64,000 nt of DNA from the NCBI GenBank assembly GCA_023213395.1, contig CM041465.1, positions 215,519,741-215,583,740 on the forward strand, written 5' to 3'. Positions 40,381 to 53,400 of this stretch are shown here, in pieces. Source of the DNA: Cycas panzhihuaensis. Its lineage: Eukaryota; Plantae; Cycadophyta. The notes beneath the pieces were generated by a model. That model saw only the letters and a program-made list of their open reading frames with translations. It ran no database searches and was not told the DNA's origin. The number at the start of each line of letters is the position of its first letter. Positions within the stretch are counted from its first letter, which is position 1. The position numbers and the translations under genes are program-made.

Positions 40381-42470
40381 GGGGGCACACCACTTAAGCA
40401 AATAAGAAGTAAATAACCCTATCCTTCTTTTCTTATACCATCTTCTTTTTTTTTTTTTTAAGAAAGGGAAAGAAACAATAAAACGAAATCTACTATTTTC
40501 TTTCCTTTTCTTTTTTCCTTTAGAAAGGCAAGCAACAATAAAAGAAACATACATTTTTCCTTTATTTTCTTTTCTTTTCTTTTTTAGGAAAGCAAAGGTG
40601 AATGGAATACCTAAAGGAACACTTAGTTTACCACATGATATCTCCTTGTGATTACTTTTCTTTTTAATCTACTAAAAGAGTGTTCAAACATAGTTAAGTA
40701 AATGTAGAATATATGTGCTAAAATCCTAAGAAAAATTTGGCATGATTTCTACTTGTCAGATCAAAATATGACAAAAAAATGTTTTTGATCTAATCTTAAA
40801 ATATTATAAAAAGCTTAATCAAAATAAAGTTGGGCTTACCTTATGCCTTTGGACAACCATGGTGAAAATCTGATAGCATTCTAGCTAACATAATAGGCAT
40901 TTCATCTTATCAAGGCAAAGCAATAAAAATATAAGAGATGGAAGAGGAGATTAAGCTTGATCCAAATCACTCCAAACTCTACAATAATATAAATATGCTC
41001 CTCTAGTAAGAACAAACAAGAGCATACACTAAAAAGAAATCAAATCTATAGAGAAAAATGCCTAAAATATTAAGAAATGATTGTTGAAGGCACTTAAACT
41101 ATTAACTTGGTGAACAAATATATGTGAGCCTCAAAAATAGCTCTTATATCGCCTAATAATAAGGCAAATGAAGTAGTACTTGGTTGTAATTTCTCCCTAC
41201 AAAGTTAATTGGCATGTGGGTAACAAACAAGCAAGAAGGAAGGCTAAAATAACATTATCAAAAGGTAAGAAAAGTAATATTTAACTCACCTAAAGTAAAA
41301 GAACAACAAACAAACTAAGAGATTACCTTACCAATGGAGCATGGGGGAGGATTAACTCGTTTCCAATGGTAAAAGTAGGGGCTAATGACATAAATCCTTT
41401 AACTAAAGGAGGCTCCAACATAGCTATGTATGCAATCCCCAAGATAGCATGTAATGCAAGTTGGTAGATCAAGATGAACACTAAACAATTTGTAGGAATA
41501 CTAAACAACCTTTCCCAACTTGAGAAGCCAAATGGATAGACTAAATGGCCATTGACCAAAGTTGAACTCATCATTAGATGAGAAAGTAGCATGGCCCACT
41601 AAGCTAATAAGTAGGCAAACAAAACACATATCCACACCCTAATGATAATTTGCAAGAATATTAAACAACCTCTAATGGAAAAATGAGAGGTTAAATAGAT
41701 CAAGATGAGGGTGGGGTGGCTAGTTTTCAACCCACAATACATGTGAAAATAATGGATCTAAATCTCTGGGTCGTACCCATGGATTTATCTTTAAACCATA
41801 TGGAATCAAAGATTTTATATATGACTAGGCCCCTTGGGTAGTAAAACACTAATATGAAAAGATTCACAATTGATAAATACTATCCCAGGACTGCACAGGT
41901 ACAACAAATGTGTCATTTATCACTCTTAAAAATATTTATAAGTAGGTGATAATCATATTATAAATTTTTTTTATATCATTGCAAATGATGCTATAGTATT
42001 GCAAAGAACTGTATGGTACCACGTTTCTTTAGTAAAATTAGCATTCTACTGTATATAAATCATAATAGATAGATATCAATCAATGGAGTGTGTAGGAACA
42101 ATTACATGATGAATAAGAAAGAAAGAAAATGATGAAATAAGGCAAAAATAAAAGTAAAATGAGGGGATTAATAAAAATACAAGATGAATGATAAGGTGAA
42201 ATGGACCAATTAGACTTTACAAGAATGCTAAATAACATTTTCCAACTTGAGAAGCTAAATGGATAAACCAAATGGCCATTGATCAAGGTTGAACTCATCA
42301 TTAGATAAGAAAGTAGTATGGCCCACCAAGCTAATGAGAAGGAAAACAAAACACATATCCATATACTAATGATATAAGGTGGTAAATAATGGATAATATA
42401 GAAAAGTGGACACATCCCTTCACTTACCTATCACTGTGATATCTATGTCATTATTGGTAGCCAAGAAACA
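40065..42470 (-). repeat. Main part of the 3' LTR of D
   Basis: Collinear with 59483-61663; minus-strand terminus TGTTTCTTGGCTACC at 42470. Confidence 0.85.
40324..40378. repeat. (GA)n microsatellite, ~27 units
   Basis: Directly visible in the sequence. Confidence 0.97.
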
Positions 42471-45400
42471 CTGGGATTCATGATGTTTATAGTCACATAT
42501 GATCAACTCGTCATGGGAGAAGAGTGACTTAAAGTCTTAATTTGAATCATTAATGGGAGGGGCTTGGTTAGGATCAAGCCTTATAACCACAAGGTCTAAG
42601 TAATCCCACACATAACAAACCATATTAATAGTTTGAGACAGGGAAGGTGAGTAAGTTTGGGCAATGGATAAAGAGGTAGGATCAAGTGAAGAACACCCAT
42701 AAGCTTCAAGGACAATGTCTAAGTGAGTTTGGAGTGAAGGAACACCCATTTATAAGGCAACTTAAATGAGAGGAGGTGGACTAGGCTAAGTTAGTTCTAA
42801 TGATAAGTGATTGTCACTTAAATGATTTGGGTGTCAGTTATAGAGCAATCAAGTGGAATAGTAGGCTAAGCATGCTCACTGGAAAGGGGATTCATGATAA
42901 GATAAATACTGGGGACATCATGCTTACACATTCTCAATAGAATCTTGCTAAAGTTGGGGGAAAATGGGAGTATATAGGTTTGGACCAAAGTGAGGAGGGA
43001 TGTCCCTATGAGATACATCCCCTAAGAAGAAGTGATAATAAACACCTATCTTATAAGGGGTTGTAAGTCCTCATCATTAGATTCAAGGTCACTGAGGATG
43101 ACAAGATAACCATAGCTACCTATGCCAATGGGGGGGAAATGGACTCTATAAGTCTTGGGAATAGAGGATCTATTTCATGATAGAGGTCCAGGCCTTAGAA
43201 AAAGTCCACTAAGGAAGGGTTAGGAGTATCTAAATCATAAGCCATGGTATCAAAAATGGCTTAACAAGTTGAAAGTGATGTTTGATATGGAGGAGGCTTA
43301 CAAGCCATAACTTGAACTTGCCCTTCATGAATGAATTTAAGTTATCCCCATAAGGAAGAACAAACAACCCTCATTTGGTCTAGCCAAGGTTACCCTAAAA
43401 AGAGGTTATAATCAATATTAATGTCTAGGTTAATAATGTTAGATGTGATAGTTATATATTTTAGGCCTAATAGTAGGGTAATGATCTGAAGGTGAGCTTT
43501 CTCATTGCCATCATACCCTTGGCACTTCTATAGGATAGGTTTAAGAGCCTTAATGCCCAACTTTTTACCATTCAAATAGGTATGGTGTCAACCAAGAAGT
43601 TGTTATCTATAACTATCCTATTTAGAGTAAATTTTGGAGTTTCCATAGAGATAATGAAGGGATAATACTAATGTTATTCATTCTCTTCAAGGCAGGGTAT
43701 GTCACTTGGGTCAAAGGAATTGATAGATGAGTCTCATGGAGCAATAGTGATTGAATCAATGGGGACTTCCTTATTCCTAATGGCTTCTAGAAGTAGAGCC
43801 CATTGGTTAGGGTAGGTCCATAAGATATCCATCATGGACATGTATGTAGAGATAATGTGGAGTTTATTAATGATTACAAAGGACTTCCCCTTCCTAGTGG
43901 GTTAGGGAAGGGCCCTCTAGAAGTCATAACAACTGGTGCAAACTGGTATTATCTTTGGGATGATAGGGTTTTTTATGGGGGAATAATTTATAAGTGGTTG
44001 TTAAGATAAAAGGGCTTCCCCAACTTCTTTGGCTGCATAGGCACAAGTTACTAGGAATACCTAAATGGTTTCCAATATGTGGATAACCTATTTACCCGTG
44101 TTAGTATGACATTGAATAGGTTGGGGGCATTCTTAAGTTATAAGGCTAGCTAGAAGATGCGCTAAGTGGGGTGCCCTTTTGTTGAGGCTAGGGATGTCCT
44201 TTAGAAGCTTCATGGATCAAGAATGGGTCCTAGTGTATTAGTTGATTTAGGTTTAACTTAGAAGGTTGTTGTGATGGAGGATCATAAGGAGGCACCAACT
44301 TAGGGTGTTAAGTGCAACAATGGGCATTGTCATAGGTACAATAGCCATGGATGGCACAGCATCTCTTCTCAAAAGAAGGTTGAGACCTTTTTCTTAAGGA
44401 GGATCAGGACTTCCCATTATTTGTGTCATGGTTTAGATGGCCTAATAGATGAGCCTATTTCCATGAGATGGGCCTTATGGCTTAGGTGTGGATTGATTTA
44501 GCTAAAGTATTAAGTCTTTAATTGGTCACTCAAATGAGTGAATGATAGATATAAATGAGTCTATTATTTTGTTAGTGTTACTAATAGAAGGCCTATGAGT
44601 TGTGTTATAACCTTTGCTCATGTAAGGGAGGTGGCACCTCACAATGCAGGGTAGGTCTATGGACTCTTTTAAGGCTATCTTAGATCTTAATAGACTTAAA
44701 GGCCAAGAATTGGCTATAGATAAATCACATGCCATCACCCCCATATTAAGGATTTTGGCATAAACTTCAAGGTGAAGGGTATTTATGAAAATATCTCTCT
44801 TCAAATGCTCAAGGAATTTGGCCTTGGAGGAATGGAAAATATCATGGAATTATTGGATAAAGTCATAACTGAGTTCATCTAGTCCTTACTTAAAGGAAAT
44901 TAGGGCCTTGGCCCCACTCTCAAAGGGATGTTCCACATTAATATAGTTTACAAAAGTGTTAACTAATTATTGTAAACATAGTATTGAATGGGCAGGAAGA
45001 TAATAAAACTATTTAAGAGCATCCCCCTAAAGAGATCTTAGAAACAACTTCATTAGAATATGGTCATAGGCCTAATAGTTGATACATACCCTGGAAAATA
45101 TCTTGACATGATCAAGAGGATCTTGGGAGGAAGTTCCATCAAATTTGGACACTTTTAGTAGATGAGGTGGTAGGTTGGTCCTCAACACTTTTAAGGAAAG
45201 AGGGCTAGTCCTATAATCCCTACAAGAATATGCCCTTCTTAGGCTAAAGGATTTAGAGGTGGAAATGATAATTAGGGATAATATTCTGGTTGGGATTGAG
45301 ATGTGGGATAAATAGGATGCCCTTATTAGTAGGGCACATATAAAGGCATGGATTGAGATACGCCCTCATCTTAGTAAGGAGGTGTCATGCTTAGGTAAAG

Positions 45401-45602
45401 GTTTGATGTATATGGAGATAGCCTAGAGAAACCTAGAATGCCATATGAAGGGTTTTGGTAAGAGGGATTAGCTTGAGCCACTACCCCTTAAGGAGGGATG
45501 ATGAAACATGAAGGAATGAGTGGTGTAGTGGATGAACCTTGATAAGAATAGTCCATTGAAATTGAATGGGATGGATAGGATATAAGATGTAGTAGGGAAT
45601 TT

Positions 45603-46246
45603 TGTTAGATATGTGACAAGAATTATGTGAAGGCTTTAATTTTTAGGACATGTTTCAGTGTAGTTTCCTCTCTAACATTTTTACAAGGGGTGTGTGGGGG
45701 CTTGCCCTCCCACTAGTGTCACAAGGGGGGTCTAGGGGGGGTAGCGATAGATTTTGGAGCCTCCCTTGGTAGGAGTTCAGGGGTAGCACCCCCAAAGCAA
45801 AAATTAGGGTTCTAAAACATATCAAATTATAAAGGGAATCTAGGTTGTTCATCAAAAAGACCTAGATCTTATGGCTATGATTAATGTGCCTTTCTTGTAA
45901 CCCATTTTTAGGGTAATTGTATCACATTGTATTGTATTGCATTATATCACAAAGGGGTGGTAATTGGTTATTACTGCTATGGAAATTATGTAGAGACATA
46001 TATAATCTTTCATTCTTGACTAATAAAGATTGATACCTTTCTAGTGTGGATGTTTCCCTAGCACTCTACTAGGGTTTTACCACGTTAAAAACTATGTATT
46101 GAGTAATGTGTATGCTTTCTTATGTATGTTGAATAATGTTTGGTTTTAGATAGTTGTATTTATTATACTTTTGAAAACCTTGTTATTATTACATAATAGT
46201 TAGATCTTGGTGGTTGGTTTGGTTAGTTAGACTAGATTTCTTAACA
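45603..46246 (+). mobile_element. Copia solo LTR (A/B family), inserted in D
   Basis: TGTTAG...CTTAACA, 644 bp, perfect 5-bp TSD AATTT on both sides, no adjacent PBS or PPT. Confidence 0.92.
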
Positions 46247-47159
46247 AATTTTGCATGAATGGCCATCCAATTAGAGGGACAACTCTATAGGGATAGTGGG
46301 GATCTATCCCATATATAAGAAAAGGATAGGGCCCATCATTCTCCCATTAATGGGTCATGTATCCTAATGGTATATACAAGGCAAGGTTAGTATGGTATGG
46401 GTAAAGGACAAGACGTAGAGCCTTCAGTAGGTCCTATATAGTAGGGACAAGGAGGAATGAAAGGGATAACAAGAGGAACTAGAATCGCATCTGTGGGGAT
46501 GCATGTATCACAGAGAAACATGTCATGTGGGTCATTATAGGCTAGGGACATGTGACATAATCAATCGTAAAAATAAGCCAATCAATCATGCAATTCAAAC
46601 AATGCTTCAATTTATTATCTCTGAAGTGACTAAGATGGGAGAGAGAAGCATACCTATACTTACCTAAGTCGACCTATCCATACCCATTCCTGGTAGGCAG
46701 GAAACACTTCCTCCTTGGCAATAGAGTCTCACTTCTCAGAAGCACAACGTGATGGTGAATGTTGACAACAACACTGTTAGTAACATATGTATATATAACA
46801 ATCATAATCATGACAAGAGCCAAGGGTGCCAGCGAGTGCCATGGCGAAATGCGTGGATATGGGGACAGTTGTGAAGACAACATAGGGGCTACCTACGTGC
46901 CACTCTGGAGTCAACCAGAAGCTACGACGGATGAGGGGAATACCCCCATCATAAGAGTGTAAAGGAAAGATATGATGATAACAAGAAAAAGATTGAATAA
47001 ACAAACACGGTGGTCACTATAGTTTAACCTCATTAGCAGTTGACTTTCAAAGGTACGAATGGATCGTAAGGTGAAGTGCAAGATGGCCTAAGACTTGGGT
47101 GCATAAGCAACCAGACAAGTCTCTCAGAGGGGTCATCAAGAAGAGGTAGGTGACGCTCA

Positions 47160-48064
47160 AGGATGAGGCAATCAAGGTTGTCTGCCTCAGCGTTGAGGGC
47201 CCAAGGGATGTGTCAAATGTCGATAGATGGAAAACAAGCTAATAGGGACCTAGTAATTGAGGCAAGGGCTCCCAAGTGTCGGCATCACACCTGGTAGACT
47301 TGGGTGAGATGGGACACCATAACCTGGGAGTCACAAAAGAGAATGATAGGTCTGTGGTAGAAACAGACTACATCGGTGAGGGCCTCAATAATAGTCGTGT
47401 ACTCAACTTCATTATTGGTGGTTGTAGGGAAGAAGATCCCAGAATGTAAAAAATCATGTCTGGAAAGATCACGAAGAATCCATGCGGCAACAGAAGGACT
47501 GGGGTTGCCACAACTTCTGCCATCAGTAAAGATAAGAAGTGCCATGGATGAAAGGGAATGTGTCTCAGTAGATAAGATGTGATAGAGTCAGTGGCATCGA
47601 GAGGATACAAGGATGTGGAGTAGCTGTGAGGGGCTCAAAGAGCTAGTGGTGATGGTTGTGAAGGGAAGGAGGACCCAGTAATAGGGCTACCCAAGGGCGG
47701 AGTAGACTATCCAACTGACGGGAAAGAACGAGCAGTGAAAAGGCCACTTTTAGGTGCCAAAGGTTGCTTAAGGAAGCAAAAAGCGGTCCTGAATGGAGGG
47801 GACACTCCCTTTGAGGACCCCAAAAGTGTGAACAGGCAACAAAAATAGGTCCAGGATGGCAAAACAAGCCAAATGAGTATAAACTTGGGTATACATGGAG
47901 GTGGCACATAAAACAAGACAAAAAGGGCCTCGTGAACATAGGCAAATATGCGCCATAAATACACTTGTAAAGATGAGCGAAATGGAGGCCGCAGGGATGA
48001 AATGGGAGCCAGGGCAAGAAGGTAATGGTGATCAAGGATGAGGAATGGCCCTAACGGCTGTCAT
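47160..48064 (-). pseudogene. Additional RNase HI (aRH) ORF of E with an ~170-aa N-terminal extension
   Basis: LIFTDGRSCGNP, TNNEVEY, FCDSQVMV and HIPWALNAEADNL retain all four acidic catalytic positions. The same frame runs from ATG 48064 with point stops only. The extension is less certain than the RNase H core. Confidence 0.85.
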
Positions 48065-48677
48065 AGTGATAAAAACAGAGGAAGTGCCCATCGAGACCCT
48101 CGCCTATATAAGGAAAACTTGATGAAAATGGAATTCATTTTCACAGGTTCATGAACGATTCTGAGTCTTTTCCCTTACGCAGTGGAGTGCTACCCAATTT
48201 CAAAGACATGCAAGAGGAGATCAGACTGTTGGATCAAGGCGAGAGGATAGCCAGTGGGATCAGGACAATGAGATGGTGGTCGCTAAGCTAGATCCAGTGA
48301 GTAGATCACTCGTTCACTAGCCCATCTCATGATTTGACTTTCATTGATTTTCATTAATGTTTAAGGTAGTTTTGGGCCCCTTAAGGGTAAATAATAATCT
48401 CTTAGAGTCTAAATTGGACCCAACAAGAGGGGGGACTGAGGCATTAGACAGCCCTGGTCCAAGTGGGTTAGAGCAAGGCCCACCTTGGGAAAAAATTTTG
48501 GGTTTTTTGGGCGGAAACCCCCCCCTCTTTTTGTGGGGGTGACATTCGCATCGTGGTGAAGATCGCAGTGCCGCGATCTTTACCACGGGGCCCCAATCGC
48601 AGTGGGACCTAGGCTAAACTCCCTAGTACCATGGAATTTAGCATAGTACAAAGCCAAAATAGTTGAAAAAGAAAAAG

Positions 48678-49786
48678 ATGGCCTAAAGGAGAGCTAGATC
48701 TTAATCTGAGAGGAGTGAGAGGCAGTCCTAGGGGCCAGCAGGTGGATTTAGATAGGCTCTGACTGGTTTTTAGGGTATTTTACAGGCAGTTATCATGGTA
48801 GAGAACCACGAAAGCATTGGGATGGCAGATGTTAAGTTTCGTGGAGATGATGTCCTATGGAGGCAAACATTCTTAGCACGATGTAGCCTATTAAAGGTCA
48901 CACGGATGCCATAGTACATATTAGATCAGCAACTCCTAGTAGACATAGTCTCACACTGGGATAGGCAGAGATACGTATTCCACCTCCCCCAAGTGGGGGA
49001 TGTCACAGTCACTCCAGGAGATATTAGGAGGATCCTCGAGGTACTGACAATAGGATGACCAGCATCACTAGGAGCATTGCCTAGTAATGAGGTAGCACAC
49101 AAGGAGGCGGTAACATTTTTCACAGGATAGGATAGATGGGAGAGGAGATGGATACCTTTACAGACCATGGTCATGTCCAGAGTTCCTTGAGTGAGGAAAT
49201 TGATTACCTTATGCATTCTATTCTGGATATCCTAGAAACAGAAATATAGAGATATACCCAGCAAGTGGATGGATGCGATCAGGACATACGAGACTGGGGA
49301 GAGGCTAGATTAGGCTACCTTGATAGAGGCAAACTTAGTCGCTTAGCTAGACGTTATTAGGGTGGTAGGGGGAGGTGGACTATCTTATATCACATTGATA
49401 CAGTGTTGGTTCTTTGATCATTTCAGAGTGGTACCACCCCCAGGAGGACCACACCCTATCTCAGAGTGGGCTAGTAGATTAGGAAGCCTCGAGGTCATCA
49501 CGGAGCAGCACATACACCCACACAGTGGCAAAAATCTTGAGGAGGCCTCAAGATGAGGGGAGTAAGGTAGGGAGCTCCCAAAGATGCAGACAAAGCCTGG
49601 GAGGTATGTGGTCCCCAGGAGAGGGATCACATCAATTGCGAGGTAATACCCCATGAGTGGGGCTGTAATAGAGTGGAGTATAGTAGTTTTGATTTGACAG
49701 GGGAAAGTGGCAGACCTCCAAGGAGTCACCATCTATAGCCACATGATTGTATTCCTCCCTGTGAAGATTCTAACTTCCCGTAGATG
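48678..49786 (+). pseudogene. Antisense accessory ORF of E, plant mobile domain (PMD, PF10536)-like
   Basis: One frame of ~370 codons broken only by point stops. IVSHWDRQRYVFHLPQVGDVTVTPGDIRRILEV resembles the PMD motif LVERWxxETHTFHLPxGEMTITLEDVxxILGL. RLD*ATLIEANL...ITLIQCWFFDHF resembles YAWGxAxLAxLY...LLQxWxxERF. Confidence 0.75.
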
Positions 49787-50444
49787 ATGTACCATACCAT
49801 TTGTATGATATGACACATGCTAATTATTTTATGTATATAAATAGGGCCATTGGAACCCCATTTGATATATGCTTATGTGTATAATGACATATGATGGATG
49901 ATGTATATTTATATTTTTATGTTCATGTATGTATGTATGATGTGAGAGTATGTGTGCATGCATAAGGAGTTATGGATCATGATGCTTGAGTTAGTTATCA
50001 CATGGTTTGTGTTATGAAATTTGTTTGAGTTACATACACTTCCTTTCATATAGGGCCACATACCTAGCAGGCGCACACACGATCACCATGAGAGTTGGTG
50101 ATAGACATATGTGGGGCTAGGAAGTAGGGCAGCACACATGTCCACATGGGAGCATAGTGGAATATGCAAAGGAAGTGTTAATAGAGAGGGAGTAATGATA
50201 CTCTAATGCACCATCCTAGTCAGGAAGTGTACCCAAGCCAGGGAGCGATTGGGATAATACACCCAATTAAGAGGACAGGGCCCCTAGAAAAAAGTAGATG
50301 AGGGGTTCTGCAGGAGTAACCCAGAAGAAACAAGGAGGCCACCCTAAGCTGCCATTCCATTTGTGGCTACAGGGAATGGGGACGCACCTAGGATGGTAGT
50401 TTAGGCTCATTTCAAAGCATAAAAAGAAAAAAGGAATAGTCATA

Positions 50445-53400
50445 TATAGAATTTCTTAAGGAATTTCCCATTCACATCCGTCTCAAACTCGAGGCCCTCC
50501 AGGATGGCAATCCTATAAGTGTCATTCCCAAGACTCTCAAGGATGACAAAAGGACCAATCCATTTAGGTACAAATTTAGTTAGGCGATTGCAGAGATATT
50601 CCAACTTGAGGACATGGTCCCGGAGATGTAAAGGATGACAACGAAGGTTTTTATTGTAACTCCTTCATGCCCTAGCCTCAAACGTGAGGTCCAAGGCCTT
50701 AAGGTCTAAGAGGCGAGCCTGATGGATAGACTCCTCATCGACTAGACCACAGAGAGAGACCTATAGAGAAGGAATCTCTACTTCCAATGGGAGAACAGCC
50801 TTTATCCCATAGATTAGGGAGAAAGGAGTCATTTTCATAGCCATACGGATAGACGTGTGATATGCCCATAGGGCAAAAGGGAGCTGGAGGTCTGAACCTC
50901 TTTGAGATTGGGCACAAGTTTTCTTTAGGATATTTATGAGAGTTTTATTAAATGATTCAACCTGGTTGTTGGACTGGGGATAGTAAGGAGAGGAAGTTTT
51001 GTGAGAAATGTAGAATCTCTCACAAATCTCATCCATCTCCTTGCTACAAAAGAGAGTCTCGTTATCCATGATCAGGACATCAGGAACCCTGAAGAAATAG
51101 ATGATATGCCGGTAAACGAAGGGGCTATCATCTTACCAGGAGTAATAGTCAAAGGAATGGCTTCTACCCATTTAGTAAAGTATTCTATAGTAGTCAAGAT
51201 GTACTTATGCTGCAACAAAAAGGATAGGGTTATAGCTCCAATGAGGTCCAACCCCCATTGGGAGAAGGGCCATGGAGATATAATGGGATGGAGTGCCTCA
51301 GAAGGTAAGTGAGTGATGTTGGCATACACTTGGCATCACCGACATCTCAAGGCATAAGCATGGGCATCCTTAAAAAGGGACACCCAATAATATCCCATAC
51401 GGAGGATCCTTTGAGCCATGGATTCACCCCCAAAGTGGCCCCCACAAATGCCATGGTGGCATTCACGGGGTATCTGGTACACTTCGTCAGGGGTGATGCA
51501 GTAGAAAAGGATCCCATCGAAGGATCTCTTGTATAATACCTCACCCATAAGAAAGTACTATATGGCAGTTGCCTAGATACGAAACCTAACTTTATCGCTA
51601 GCATCAAGGTGATACTACTGTTGACTAAGATATTGCGTGATGTACCTATATCACTTGCTATCAGTAATCAGATGAGGAGGGAGGTCCTAAACAGCTAAGA
51701 TAGGCTCGCCAAGAAGAGAATTGTCAACAAGAAGGTCCAAAGAGTTCAAAAAGGGAGATTTGATGACCTACTCGGCCACTACCATTCCCCTCTTTGATTT
51801 CCTGTTAACAATGTGAAGATTAAATTCCTAAAGGAGGACAGCCCACTTGCCAGTCCTACCTATTAGGTCAGGTTGGGCAAGTAAATAATGCATGGGATCA
51901 GATTGAACAATCATCCAAGTAGTGTTTCCAAGCAAATAATGCATGAACTTCTTGGTTGCATGTACTAAGGAGAGGAATTATTTCTCTACAATGGAGTAGT
52001 TAAGTTTAGCAGCCGTGAGGGTGTGACTGATGAAGTAAATAGCCCTCTCAACTCCTGAATCATCCTCCTGGGCCAACATGGCACCAATAAATTCATCGGT
52101 TACTGAGGTATACAAGATAAAAGGCCTATCAAAGAGAGGTAGGGCCAATGTCAAGGCAAAAGTGAGAGCTTCCTTAAGTTCTTTAAAGGCTTGTTGGGCC
52201 TTGGAAGACCAAACAAATAGGGGCCCCTTCTTTAATAGGTTAGTGAGTTGTCTTCTTTAATAGGTTAGTGAGTAGTTTGGTATTTATGGCGAAGTTCACC
52301 AAAAAATGCCTGAGGAAACCAAGCCTACCTAAAAATGACTTAATCTGTCATTGGATTTTAGGAGGTGGCATGTCAAGGATGGCCTTGACTTATCAGGGTC
52401 GATTTGGATTCCTTGCTTTGACACAAGGAAACCAAGGAGTTTTCCAGCAGTTACAACAAACACATATTTAAGAGGATTGAGGCTTATATGGTATTTACGG
52501 CATCATGCAAAGATGGTCCGTAAATCAGTAGGGTGATGGGCTCTAACACATGAGAGACCCATCATGTTGTCCATGAAGACCTCCAAGGATTTATTGATAA
52601 GATCGTGAAAAATGAATTGCAATACCCTTTGATAAGTGGCACCTACATTCTTCAGTCCAAAAGGCATCATCTTATAAGTGAAAGTACCCTACAGAGTGGT
52701 GAAGGTTGTCTTGTGACAGTCTTCAGGAGAGATTTGAATTTGGTTATAGCCAGAGAAGCCATCCATTAAGGACATAACTTTGAAACTGGCAGTTTGATCA
52801 ATGATCTAATCAATAAAAGGGAGTGGGAAATTGTCCTTAGGACATGCATTATTAATGTCATAGAAATCAATGCATATCCGGATTGTCCCATTCTTTTTAG
52901 CAACGGGGACAATGTTAGATAACCATTTAGGGTAGTCAATACAAGTGATCAATCATGTGTTGAGGAGTTTCTCAACTTCTATTTTAATAGTAGTTGAGAG
53001 ATTAGGATGAAGAGGACGTTGCTTCTGACATGTGGGGTGAGTGCCAAGAATAGTAGTGAGGTTGTGGGTCACGATTCAAGGATCAATTCCCTTCATATCA
53101 GAGTAGTCCCATGCAAAAGCATCCTGAAACTCCTAGAACATAAGGGTATACTCCTTCACTTCATTAGGAGAGCATTCCACCCCAACCTTAATGACTTTGT
53201 TAGGGGCAAGGACTATTGTTGGAATTTGTGACAACAATAGTTTGAGGCTAAAATTTTGGCATTTTAGTGCCATAATTTCCCCCCCTAATCTTTCTCGGGG
53301 GGTTCTAAGGGGGATGGGAGCCCCCCTTGGGTGGGGGGTGTAGGGGGCATGGAATGCCCCTTGCTAAGAGGGGGTTCAGGGGCGATATCCCCCAACCCAA

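Noticed and set aside
46674-47004. Short overlapping ORFs just before the PPT of E
   Set aside because: No motif, and three competing frames with none convincing.
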